This document shows positions 26,569-34,152 of a DNA stretch of 64,000 nucleotides, piece by piece. Both the position numbers and the translations under genes were made by a program. The notes beneath the pieces are model-generated. The model did no database searches, was not told the origin of the DNA, and saw only the letters and a list, made by a program, of their open reading frames with translations. Source of the DNA: Spirochaetia bacterium (GTDB lineage: Bacteria > Spirochaetota > Spirochaetia > SZUA-6 > Fen-1364). Location of the stretch: assembly GCA_049519415.1 (NCBI GenBank), contig JBEKQU010000001.1, positions 9,384-73,383 of the forward strand, in the 5' to 3' direction. Each line of letters opens with the position of its first letter. The first letter of the stretch is position 1.

Positions 26569-28035
26569 TTAGCCCTTTCTTGAGACGGTGATCGCCACCG
26601 TATCAGCGGGGCAGGCTGCCTGGCAGATCCCGCACCCGATGCATCGCTCTGGCACCACCAATGGGTATCTGAGCATGAAGGGACCGGATGCGCGCATCAT
26701 CCGCTCCTCCTTCGCGAACACAAGGGCCTTTTCCGGGATCGGGCACACCTCCTGACAGACAAGGCACGGCTTCTTGTCCCGGAACACAACGCATTTGTTC
26801 TGGTCGATGACAGCGAGCCCGATCGGCGTAAGCTGTTTTTGGGCCAGCGTCTGAAGCGGTATGGCCTTGTTCGGGCATACGAGCTGGCAGACCTGGCAGC
26901 GGAAGTCGCAGCCATTTTTATCAAAGCGCAGGTGCGGTGTGAACAAGCTGGAGAATCCCGCCTCCAGGCCTGTGGCATCAATTATCCCATTCGGACAAGA
27001 CTGCACGCAGTGCAGGCAGCGAATGCAATGGCGAAGAAAAGCGGCTTCATCCACCACCCCTGGCGGCCTCAGAAGCGCGGGCTCGCTGACGGTTGAGCCT
27101 GGCGAAAACCAAGGATGATCAGGCTTCGCCGGGCCAGGCGCTGAAAGCGCGCCAAGCCTTGCCAGCACGCCCCCGATCATGGCGCCGCCCAACAGACCTG
27201 CGCCGCGCATGAGAAATTCCCTGCGCGACGGATCAAAGGAGTTGCCGGCCCGACGTGGCGCGAGCAGAGCGCTCTTGCCCGCCTTTGCCGCGGGACCGTA
27301 GACAAACCCTTCCGGGGGACACGATTGCTCAAAGTGGAAGCAGAGGATGCATTGAGGGGACAGGATCTCACGCGTCCTGAAATCGGCCGCATGCATCGGG
27401 CAGCGGCCGCACGCTCCGCATTGGGAACATCTTTCTATCCGGAGCCGGAAGATCGATACCCGTGAGAGAACGCCGTAGAAGGCGCCCAGAGGGCAGAGGT
27501 ATGCGCACCACAGTCTACTGCCAAAGAGCGACGAAAGGAGGATCAGCGCGAGAAAAACGATGCCGAGGACCGAGCGTGAAAATATCCTGACGATCCACAC
27601 ATTCGGGTGAAAGTAGGGCAGCAGGCTGGTCATGGTGAACACGGAAGCGACCACCGCTCCCAGCGCGACGAGCGCGGGAGGGAAGCGGATCAGGAAGGAC
27701 CGCGGTGAAGCGTGGAGAGCCGCGGGATTGGCCTTCCTCGGAGAGGAAAGGATGAAATCGGAAAGCTCGATGAGGCTTCCCAGGGGGCACACCCAGCCGC
27801 AAAAGAACCGTCCCAGCACAAGCGTCAGCGCGATCAACCCGGCAATCGGAGCGATCACGGACACATCAGCGCGAGGATTGGTGAGGAAGATCAGGGGATC
27901 AAAGCGGAGGAATGGATTCTGGATCACCGAGAAGGGATCAAGGGAGCGTATGAACGTGTAAACGAACACGGAGAAAAAAACGGTCTGGGACGCCGCCCGC
28001 AGCCATTTGAGCAGAACAAGGGAGCGCTTTCGCAT
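26569..28035 (-). CDS. Membrane-anchored polyferredoxin (multiple 4Fe-4S clusters; NapH/MauN-like)
   Basis: N-terminal hydrophobic helices with CGWVCPLGS and CAYLCPLG motifs, followed by four CxxCxxCxxxCP ferredoxin motifs; 488 aa. Confidence 0.7.
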   Translation of the reverse strand: MRKRSLVLLKWLRAASQTVFFSVFVYTFIRSLDPFSVIQNPFLRFDPLIFLTNPRADVSVIAPIAGLIALTLVLGRFFCGWVCPLGSLIELSDFILSSPRKANPAALHASPRSFLIRFPPALVALGAVVASVFTMTSLLPYFHPNVWIVRIFSRSVLGIVFLALILLSSLFGSRLWCAYLCPLGAFYGVLSRVSIFRLRIERCSQCGACGRCPMHAADFRTREILSPQCILCFHFEQSCPPEGFVYGPAAKAGKSALLAPRRAGNSFDPSRREFLMRGAGLLGGAMIGGVLARLGALSAPGPAKPDHPWFSPGSTVSEPALLRPPGVVDEAAFLRHCIRCLHCVQSCPNGIIDATGLEAGFSSLFTPHLRFDKNGCDFRCQVCQLVCPNKAIPLQTLAQKQLTPIGLAVIDQNKCVVFRDKKPCLVCQEVCPIPEKALVFAKEERMMRASGPFMLRYPLVVPERCIGCGICQAACPADTVAITVSRKG

Positions 28036-28049
28036 CGGATGCCGCCGTC

Positions 28050-28943
28050 CTACGCGCTGCTCCTCCGCACCGAATAGCCGGAGGCCTTCCCGACGCCTGC
28101 CTTTGCTCCTTCCCCGATGTAGGGTATGTCTTCCGCGCTGCGGCCGAAAAGCCGAGCGGCCTCGGCATCGGCCGATACGACATTCGAGGCGCCAATGAAT
28201 GTGTCAAGCCTTTTCAGGTAGCTTATGCTGCCGCCCGTCGGGCCGTTGCGCAGCATGATGGAGCTGGCGTCGATAAGCACGAGCGTGGACTTCACCGCCC
28301 GGTTGATGTCCGCGATCGCATCATCAAGCTGCCAGTGCCACTTTCCGCGTTGGTCTCCCGTAATCCCCATCAGGTTCTTCATGGAGAGCGTCAATCCCGC
28401 CTCCCCATGGGTCTTCGCGATCGGAACGTTGATGAGCACATCCGATTCCAGGACGTACCTGTTCACAAGCGATTCTGTCAAGTAGTAGGCATTGGGGATC
28501 GATATGCGCTTGTACATGGCGTCGGTGATCTCGTCGACATGAAACACATTCGCCCCCGCCTCTTCCGCCGCCTTCTGGATCCCCGAGGTCACGTATGTCA
28601 GCCGGGAGTTGGCCACGGGACGGTCGAACACGTACACCTTGGAGGCCATGGCCTGGAAGCAAAGGTGCACGATGGTTCTGACCACCACGGGGTCCGTGGT
28701 TGCCTTCAGCTCAGGAGGCGAATCCCACCCGATGTTCGGCTTGACAACCACCTTGTCCCCCGGCTTGACGAATGCCGTGATGCCTCCCACCAGTTCTATC
28801 GCCCGTGTAACTGCTTTCTCATAATCCGCCCCCACCGCGATCCCCACGTCGGGACGCGCGAGAAGGCTCGCGGGGAAGACTCGCCGGGCGGAGAGGTACA
28901 ATGATGAAGCTATCGCAGCCTTCAGGAACTCTCGACGTGTCAT
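28050..28943 (-). CDS. DUF362-domain protein with a twin-arginine (Tat) signal peptide
   Basis: Start at MTRREFLKAAIASSLYLSA (RR-x-FLK Tat motif). The remainder matches the DUF362 family, which is commonly partnered with ferredoxin proteins. Confidence 0.7.
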   Translation of the reverse strand: MTRREFLKAAIASSLYLSARRVFPASLLARPDVGIAVGADYEKAVTRAIELVGGITAFVKPGDKVVVKPNIGWDSPPELKATTDPVVVRTIVHLCFQAMASKVYVFDRPVANSRLTYVTSGIQKAAEEAGANVFHVDEITDAMYKRISIPNAYYLTESLVNRYVLESDVLINVPIAKTHGEAGLTLSMKNLMGITGDQRGKWHWQLDDAIADINRAVKSTLVLIDASSIMLRNGPTGGSISYLKRLDTFIGASNVVSADAEAARLFGRSAEDIPYIGEGAKAGVGKASGYSVRRSSA

Positions 28944-28993
28944 GGCGTCATGATAATCGGCGCCGGCGCGCGGCACAATATGGCGCGATCCTC

Positions 28994-29137
28994 TCAGGTG
29001 CCCGGCTGCACCTTCTGGCACCTGCTGACGGGACCGCCGCAGATGGGGCATTTGTTTTTGGGCAGCTCGACCAGGGTTGGTCCGCAGGCATCGCGGACAA
29101 AGTAGTCGACGGGAGTGCCTTCGATCCTCTTCACCAT
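28994..29137 (-). CDS. Mini-protein (47 aa) with Cys4 spacing C-x11-C-x2-C-x6-C (zinc-ribbon or rubredoxin-like). It is not in the supplied ORF list as a separate start.
   Basis: The frame MVKRIEGTPVDYFVRDACGPTLVELPKNKCPICGGPVSRCQKVQPGT has GC3 above 85%, whereas the same frame upstream of the ATG has mixed third positions. It lies 50 nt upstream of the DUF362 gene on the same strand. Confidence 0.35.
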   Translation of the reverse strand: MVKRIEGTPVDYFVRDACGPTLVELPKNKCPICGGPVSRCQKVQPGT

Positions 29138-29241
29138 CACCCCGAAGAACAGCCCCGAGCCAGCATTATGGCGATCTGACGTCCGATGCCCCTCGAGAAG
29201 CCGGTGACGAGACACCACTTCCCTTCCAATCGCCTCAACGT

Positions 29242-30702
29242 TCAGATGGCCGGATTCCCATATGTGTAGGAGACGAAAGCTGCGGATTTTCCGTCTGGGC
29301 TCCACGAGGGGACATTCATAGTCCCTTGGCCCCCGTATAAATGCGCGAGCACCCGCACCTTCCCGGTTGCCAGTTCCTGCTCCCGGATCATGACGCGCTG
29401 ATTGCGGGGGTGGCTGCCGGCCGGCACCGTTGGCGGGTAGGAGACATGCAGCATCCGCTTCCCGTTGGGAGAGATGTGGGCAAACCAGTCATTGTAATTG
29501 TCGAAGCTCACCTGCTCCTGCCCGCTGCCGTCGGGCCTCATCCTCCATATCTTCATCCGACCTGATCGCGTCGAGTTGAAATAGATAAATGCCCCATCAG
29601 GGCTGTATTCGGGGCCGTCGTCGAGGCCAGGGTCTGTGGTCAGCCGGGTTTCCTTTCCGCCTTTCGCCCCAATTGCCCAGACGTCGTAGTTGCCGTCGCG
29701 CTCGGCGCAATAGACCAGCGTCGAGCCGTCGGGCGACCATCCATGCCAGTAGGAAGGGGCCTGATCCGTGATCTTCGCCGGCTCCCCGCCATTCACGCTC
29801 ACCACGTAGATTTGAGAACCGGCCTTCCTTCCCGCCTGCTCAGTATGGCTGGAGAGCGCGAGCCACTTCCCGTCAAAGGAGATTCCGTGATCGTTGTTGT
29901 TGGCCCTCACGCGTCCGGTGTCGAGCAACTCCGGCCTCATGGTATCGAGGGGAAACTTATAAATTCTGCCCTCCTGGTTGTACAGGAGGTACGTTCCATT
30001 ACGCGACCAGTTGGGCGCTTCAAAGTGCCCGGCGCTTGAGTAGACGATCCTGCGCAGGCCCGTTTCCACGTCCAGCAGCTCCAGCCTGCTGGGCGATGGA
30101 TTCTTTTCTCCGTCCGTGCCTTCAGCCGCGGGCACGTCGAATCGGACATTGCGGAAGAGAGCGGTTTCCGCCACGGCGATCTCGTGCGAGCAAACAAAGA
30201 GGCCGGCGAGTACCTCCGCGGGAAAGTCCATCGCAATCCTTCCCGTCTCCACGAGGGCCTCCCCCCACTTCGCGGCGCGCATGATGATCGTTTTCCCCGC
30301 GCGTTCAAGCTGAACGATAGCGGGCGAGCTGATTGCCGCTTTCACTTCGCGCGTCTCATCGCCCCTTTTCTCGCGATACTGCAGCGAGGCGAGGCCGTCG
30401 CCATGAATGGCGGCATCCGCGTACATCGAGTTTCCGTCCCGGTCCTGGCGGAATATAAGGCCCCATTTTCGATGCGGGTTGACGCCCTCTCCCCTGAATC
30501 CAGCTTCCGCGGTCAGGATGAAATCGCCGCTCACCTTCCGCGCGGCGAAGTGAAACTCGTCCGCCGTGCCCCACATGTTCCCGCCGCCGCCCGTGACCGT
30601 GTAGGAATGCTCGTGCGCGTCATACGTCGTGCTTCCAGGAACGCGCCTCGTCCCAATATCTTCGACGATATCGAAAACTCCTTGCCTTTGTTTGATTCTC
30701 AT
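29242..30702 (-). CDS. PD40/TolB-like beta-propeller protein with an N-terminal ~200-aa jelly-roll-like domain and no signal peptide
   Basis: Repeated PD40-type blocks (SPDGSTLVY, SPDGAFIYF, SPNGKRML, SWSPDGKSAAF); 486 aa. Confidence 0.55.
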   Translation of the reverse strand: MRIKQRQGVFDIVEDIGTRRVPGSTTYDAHEHSYTVTGGGGNMWGTADEFHFAARKVSGDFILTAEAGFRGEGVNPHRKWGLIFRQDRDGNSMYADAAIHGDGLASLQYREKRGDETREVKAAISSPAIVQLERAGKTIIMRAAKWGEALVETGRIAMDFPAEVLAGLFVCSHEIAVAETALFRNVRFDVPAAEGTDGEKNPSPSRLELLDVETGLRRIVYSSAGHFEAPNWSRNGTYLLYNQEGRIYKFPLDTMRPELLDTGRVRANNNDHGISFDGKWLALSSHTEQAGRKAGSQIYVVSVNGGEPAKITDQAPSYWHGWSPDGSTLVYCAERDGNYDVWAIGAKGGKETRLTTDPGLDDGPEYSPDGAFIYFNSTRSGRMKIWRMRPDGSGQEQVSFDNYNDWFAHISPNGKRMLHVSYPPTVPAGSHPRNQRVMIREQELATGKVRVLAHLYGGQGTMNVPSWSPDGKSAAFVSYTYGNPAI

Positions 30703-30817
30703 GTGCTTTATCCCGCGCGTCCCGGCGCGATCGGCCCCCCCTTTCCAAGCAGAACAAGAGCCTGCTCACGCGATGGTACTCCTCTATGGCGAATAGTCAA
30801 TTGAAGTCCGCGGCCGC

Positions 30818-30843
30818 AAATGCCACGGAGTACCGTGGCCGCT
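30818..30843 (-). terminator. Candidate stem-loop terminator downstream of the VOC gene
   Basis: GCCACGG-AGTA-CCGTGGC, a 7-bp GC stem with a 4-nt loop, lies immediately after the VOC stop. The minus-strand U-tract is weak (ATTTG). Confidence 0.25.
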
Positions 30844-31308
30844 CTAGAACCTCTTTTCCAGATTCTGCAGGCAGAGGGTGATCCCGAGGGCGGAGAGCGT
30901 GTCGAAGTACGCATAGCGGCCGCTTCCGTACTCCCCGAGGTGGTAGAGCGGCATTCCCCGGTTTTTCATTAATTCGATGTGATCCTCGAAACCATCCACG
31001 GTCCACACCACCGAGAAGACGCCTTGCCCCCGGGTCCGCAGATGCTCCGCCCATGGGGACTTCCCATCCAGCGGCTCAATGAGCTCGATCCCGATGGGTC
31101 CCATCTGGATATTGGCCAGCTTCACCAATCCCGGGATACGCTCTCCTCGCATCTCAGTGAACGCCCGCGATCCCGAAGCGGGCGGGGAAGACGAAACAAC
31201 TTGGGGACGCTCGATGCCGAACAGCAGGGAGAACGCCTCCGCCTTTTTCTCAATGTCGTTGACCACCAGTACGATCTTTGCCACTCTGTTGTTCCCGATG
31301 TTCTGCAT
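30844..31308 (-). CDS. VOC-family (glyoxalase / bleomycin-resistance fold) protein
   Basis: 154 aa with paired beta-alpha-beta-beta-beta module blocks (AKIVLVVNDIEKKAEAF; GQGVFSVVWTVDGFEDHIE). Confidence 0.65.
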   Translation of the reverse strand: MQNIGNNRVAKIVLVVNDIEKKAEAFSLLFGIERPQVVSSSPPASGSRAFTEMRGERIPGLVKLANIQMGPIGIELIEPLDGKSPWAEHLRTRGQGVFSVVWTVDGFEDHIELMKNRGMPLYHLGEYGSGRYAYFDTLSALGITLCLQNLEKRF

Positions 31309-31599
31309 AAAGACCTCTCCTCACGGATAGCATTCGAAGATGGCGCCAACGGCCTGAATATGATGCTGGATCATTCGGGGGGTTTCGTCCAGCAGGCGCA
31401 TCACAACGGCATTCGCCGGGCCGTCAAATGCGGCGAAAATGCTTTTGGGGTGGGCGCCGCCGCGCCCCGAGAGCTGTTCTTGAGCAGGAATCATCGGCAG
31501 GGTGCTGCTCCTTGCGCAAGATGAAGAAGCCAGAGAGATTGACAGCCCGCGGCGGGAGAGGACACTATAGCGAAGCAACAAGCATAGGGAGCGGGTCAT

Positions 31600-32172
31600 A
31601 TGGCGCATCAACAAGCAGACCACGTGTGTCCTCCTTGGATTGGATATCTTGTGCTTGCAAACCCTCTGAGGCGCCTGCTGTACACGGCGAAGTCAATCCT
31701 CGGTCCCTATGTCTCGGAAGGGATGACGATTCTTGAACCAGGACCAGGAATGGGATTCTTCACCCTGGACGCCGCGCGACTGGTCGGGCCTCACGGGCGT
31801 GTCATTGTGGTGGATATCCAGGCAAAAATGCTGGACGTTCTTCGGCGCCGAGCTCACCGCGCGGATCTCCTCGATCGGATCGACTCAAGACTTGTCACGG
31901 CCACCGACATGGGCATCAAGGACCTCAAAGGGAAAGTGGATTTTGTCCTCGCGTTTGCGATGGTCCACGAGCTGCCGGACCCGCGCACGTTTTTCTCGGA
32001 AGTTTCCGCTGCCCTCAAAAGAGGCGGACGCATGCTTTTTGCTGAGCCGTCTGGGCACGTCGGAGAAGATGATTTCCTTAGGTCGCTCGGCCTGGCTCAG
32101 GAAGCGGGGCTTCGCGTCGAAAGCCGCCTATTCATCTGGCGGAGCCGATCCGCGCTGCTCGCAAAGCCATGA
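31600..32172 (+). CDS. Class I SAM-dependent methyltransferase
   Basis: Motif I ILEPGPGMGFFTL and motif post-I VIVVDIQ; 190 aa. Confidence 0.7.
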   Translation: MAHQQADHVCPPWIGYLVLANPLRRLLYTAKSILGPYVSEGMTILEPGPGMGFFTLDAARLVGPHGRVIVVDIQAKMLDVLRRRAHRADLLDRIDSRLVTATDMGIKDLKGKVDFVLAFAMVHELPDPRTFFSEVSAALKRGGRMLFAEPSGHVGEDDFLRSLGLAQEAGLRVESRLFIWRSRSALLAKP

Positions 32173-32176
32173 ACCC

Positions 32177-32584
32177 CTACGCCTGATAACCCGACTGGCG
32201 GATAAGCTCTGCGATCCGGGATGCGAGTGCGGCCGTCTCTTCCCGCAGCTTGCGGGCGTCGTCGATGGTAAACAGGTACGAGGGGTTGTAGTCCGCCTCC
32301 TCCCGGTATTTCATGAGCCGCGAGAAAAGGTGAGATGCTTCCGGCTCCAATCGTCCGGTTTTCACGAAATGCAGGGAGAGCAGCCGAAGGGCTCCTTCGT
32401 GACTTTTTGCTTCCAGCCCCAGGGTGAGGAGCAGCGCCCGCACCCGGAACAGAAGGGAATAATAGAGCCGGGATACAGCATCGGAAGGAAATCCCCCCTC
32501 CATAAGGAGGGTGGAAGCGGCGAGCGCGCTTTCCGCGCGGGCCAACTCCTCACGAATGCCTGCCGTACGGTTGGAATCCGTCAT
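32177..32584 (-). CDS. HEPN-domain protein (toxin partner of the upstream nucleotidyltransferase)
   Basis: 135-aa all-helical protein with a HEPN-like R-x4-6-[DE]Y region (KYREEADYNP). It overlaps the minimal-nucleotidyltransferase gene by 4 nt. Confidence 0.65.
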   Translation of the reverse strand: MTDSNRTAGIREELARAESALAASTLLMEGGFPSDAVSRLYYSLLFRVRALLLTLGLEAKSHEGALRLLSLHFVKTGRLEPEASHLFSRLMKYREEADYNPSYLFTIDDARKLREETAALASRIAELIRQSGYQA

Positions 32585-32958
32585 AGCTCAACGCCTTCCC
32601 TCTCTATGTCCAGCGCAATCCTCCGCTCCCGCTCGAGCAGCCGGCGGTACTCTTCCTCAGGAAGGATCAGTGTTGAAAGAGGCACCCCGTGCTCCAGTTC
32701 GACGTGGACAACGGAATCCAGGATGCGGTTCCTCATCCCCGCATCGGGACCGCGGAACACGATGGCGATATCCACATCGGAATCGGGATCAGCGTCGCCC
32801 CGTGCGCGGGAACCGTAGAGAACCAGCTTCACCAATGCACGGCCAAGGAGCAACCCCAGTCGCTCCTTGAGGGCGGCCAAAGCCGTGCGAATCTCATCAT
32901 CCGTCAGGATCGCCGCGGCATCCATGTTTCCATTGTAAGGCTGCTTCAATCCCCGCAC
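32581..32958 (-). CDS. Minimal nucleotidyltransferase (MNT) antitoxin-type protein
   Basis: GSRARGDADPDSDVD (GS-x9-11-DxD) polymerase-beta-fold nucleotidyltransferase motif. An alternative start is at MDAAAIL (32925). Confidence 0.7.
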   Translation of the reverse strand: MRGLKQPYNGNMDAAAILTDDEIRTALAALKERLGLLLGRALVKLVLYGSRARGDADPDSDVDIAIVFRGPDAGMRNRILDSVVHVELEHGVPLSTLILPEEEYRRLLERERRIALDIEREGVEL

Positions 32959-32974
32959 AAGAGCCTGGCGGCCG

Positions 32975-34036
32975 TCACCCCTTCATCACCTCGTCGTGAA
33001 ACGCGTTGTAGTTCGCAAGGGGCACGTCGTTGCCGATCTCCGTTGAGCTTCCGATGAGGAGCTTCCCCTCCGAGCCCGTTTCCTGGATGATCCGCCGGGT
33101 CTCCCGCCTTACCTCCTCTGGCGTGGCGAACGGCAGAAGATGCGACACGTCCACCCCTCCCACGAGCAGCAGGCCCGGGTGTCTTTTCCTGATCTGGTAG
33201 ATGTCCATGCCCGCGGCCTTCTCGATGGGGTTCAGCCCATCGATACCGGCGGCAAGCAGGTCGTCCAGTATCTCCATGATGTAGCCGTCGGAATGAAAGA
33301 TGACGGACAGGCCTTTGCGGTGGCAGAGCTCGCAGATGCCCGCCACATCGTCGAAGAAGCCCATGTCCCGCATCATCGAGGGACTGAACATAAGCTTTCC
33401 ATGGTAGGCGACGTCAGAATAGATCATGGCCAGGGAGCCCGTTTCCGAGTGCGCGGTGCGCTCGATAAGACGCAGGGTGTCCGCCATCAGCGCCCGCATC
33501 CATCGAAGCGCAAGGTCTCTTTCGTCGGCCCAGAGATAGGAGAAAAGGTCCAGGCCGCAACGGTTGCCGAAGAGGAGGGTATTGATGGCGGTGGAGGGAG
33601 TGCAGTGGATGAAAAGGGTCCCCTGCAGCCGGTCGTTGAGGGTTGTCTGGCTGTCGCGCTCCGCTACCTTCTCTTCCATTGAAGGGCCGCCGCGTGCAAT
33701 CAAATTTTCGATATGTCCGGGAAGCCACGCCTTCCACTGCTCGGGCGTGGTGAAGGCATGGACCTTCACCCAACTGGTCCAACGCGCGGACTGGAGGAGG
33801 TTTCCCGTGTCGTCGGTCCATGTGTATCCCTCCGGGTAGGGCGGGGCCAGATGGCGGGTGCCGTCGAGCGCGTTGGCGGCAGCCGCGATCATTGCTTCCG
33901 CGTCGGCGGCGCCGTCCAGCCGCATCCGGCTCCAGTGCTCGATAACGGCGTCGTTCTGGAATATATCGAAGAGGGGCGTGCGCGGGGGACGAATCCCGCG
34001 GCAGGCCTGGCCGATGAGCGCTTGCGATTCTTTCAT
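32975..34036 (-). CDS. Uroporphyrinogen-decarboxylase (URO-D) superfamily protein, paralog 1. Probably not a haem-pathway enzyme (possibly an MtaA/CmuA-like methyltransferase or other URO-D-fold enzyme).
   Basis: URO-D-fold blocks toward the C-terminus (VIFHSDGYIMEILDDLLAAGIDGLNPIE). Start chosen at MKESQALIG. It is similar in layout to the two paralogs at 47.9-50.2 kb. Confidence 0.6.
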   Translation of the reverse strand: MKESQALIGQACRGIRPPRTPLFDIFQNDAVIEHWSRMRLDGAADAEAMIAAAANALDGTRHLAPPYPEGYTWTDDTGNLLQSARWTSWVKVHAFTTPEQWKAWLPGHIENLIARGGPSMEEKVAERDSQTTLNDRLQGTLFIHCTPSTAINTLLFGNRCGLDLFSYLWADERDLALRWMRALMADTLRLIERTAHSETGSLAMIYSDVAYHGKLMFSPSMMRDMGFFDDVAGICELCHRKGLSVIFHSDGYIMEILDDLLAAGIDGLNPIEKAAGMDIYQIRKRHPGLLLVGGVDVSHLLPFATPEEVRRETRRIIQETGSEGKLLIGSSTEIGNDVPLANYNAFHDEVMKG

Positions 34037-34095
34037 TGTCTCATGCCATTTATATCCCGGCCGCTCAATGTCGGCAAGCGCGCAGCCGTTCCCGG

Positions 34096-34124
34096 ATGCG
34101 CGCGATTGACACTCCCTAGGCCGC
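34096..34124 (+). promoter_or_regulatory. Sigma70-type promoter for the GH15-like glycoside hydrolase gene
   Basis: -35 TTGACA (34096-34101), a 17-nt spacer, and -10 TAGTAT (34119-34124), with the start codon at 34153. It lies in the 116-nt divergent region shared with URO-D paralog 1. Confidence 0.5.
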
Positions 34125-34152
34125 GACATAGTATTTCCGGGAGTCGCGCGGA

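Noticed and set aside
31321-31494. 57-aa minus-strand ORF between the VOC and methyltransferase genes
   Set aside because: Its GC3 is only ~68%, against more than 80% in confident genes, and it has no motif or ribosome-binding site. It may be a leader peptide or noise.
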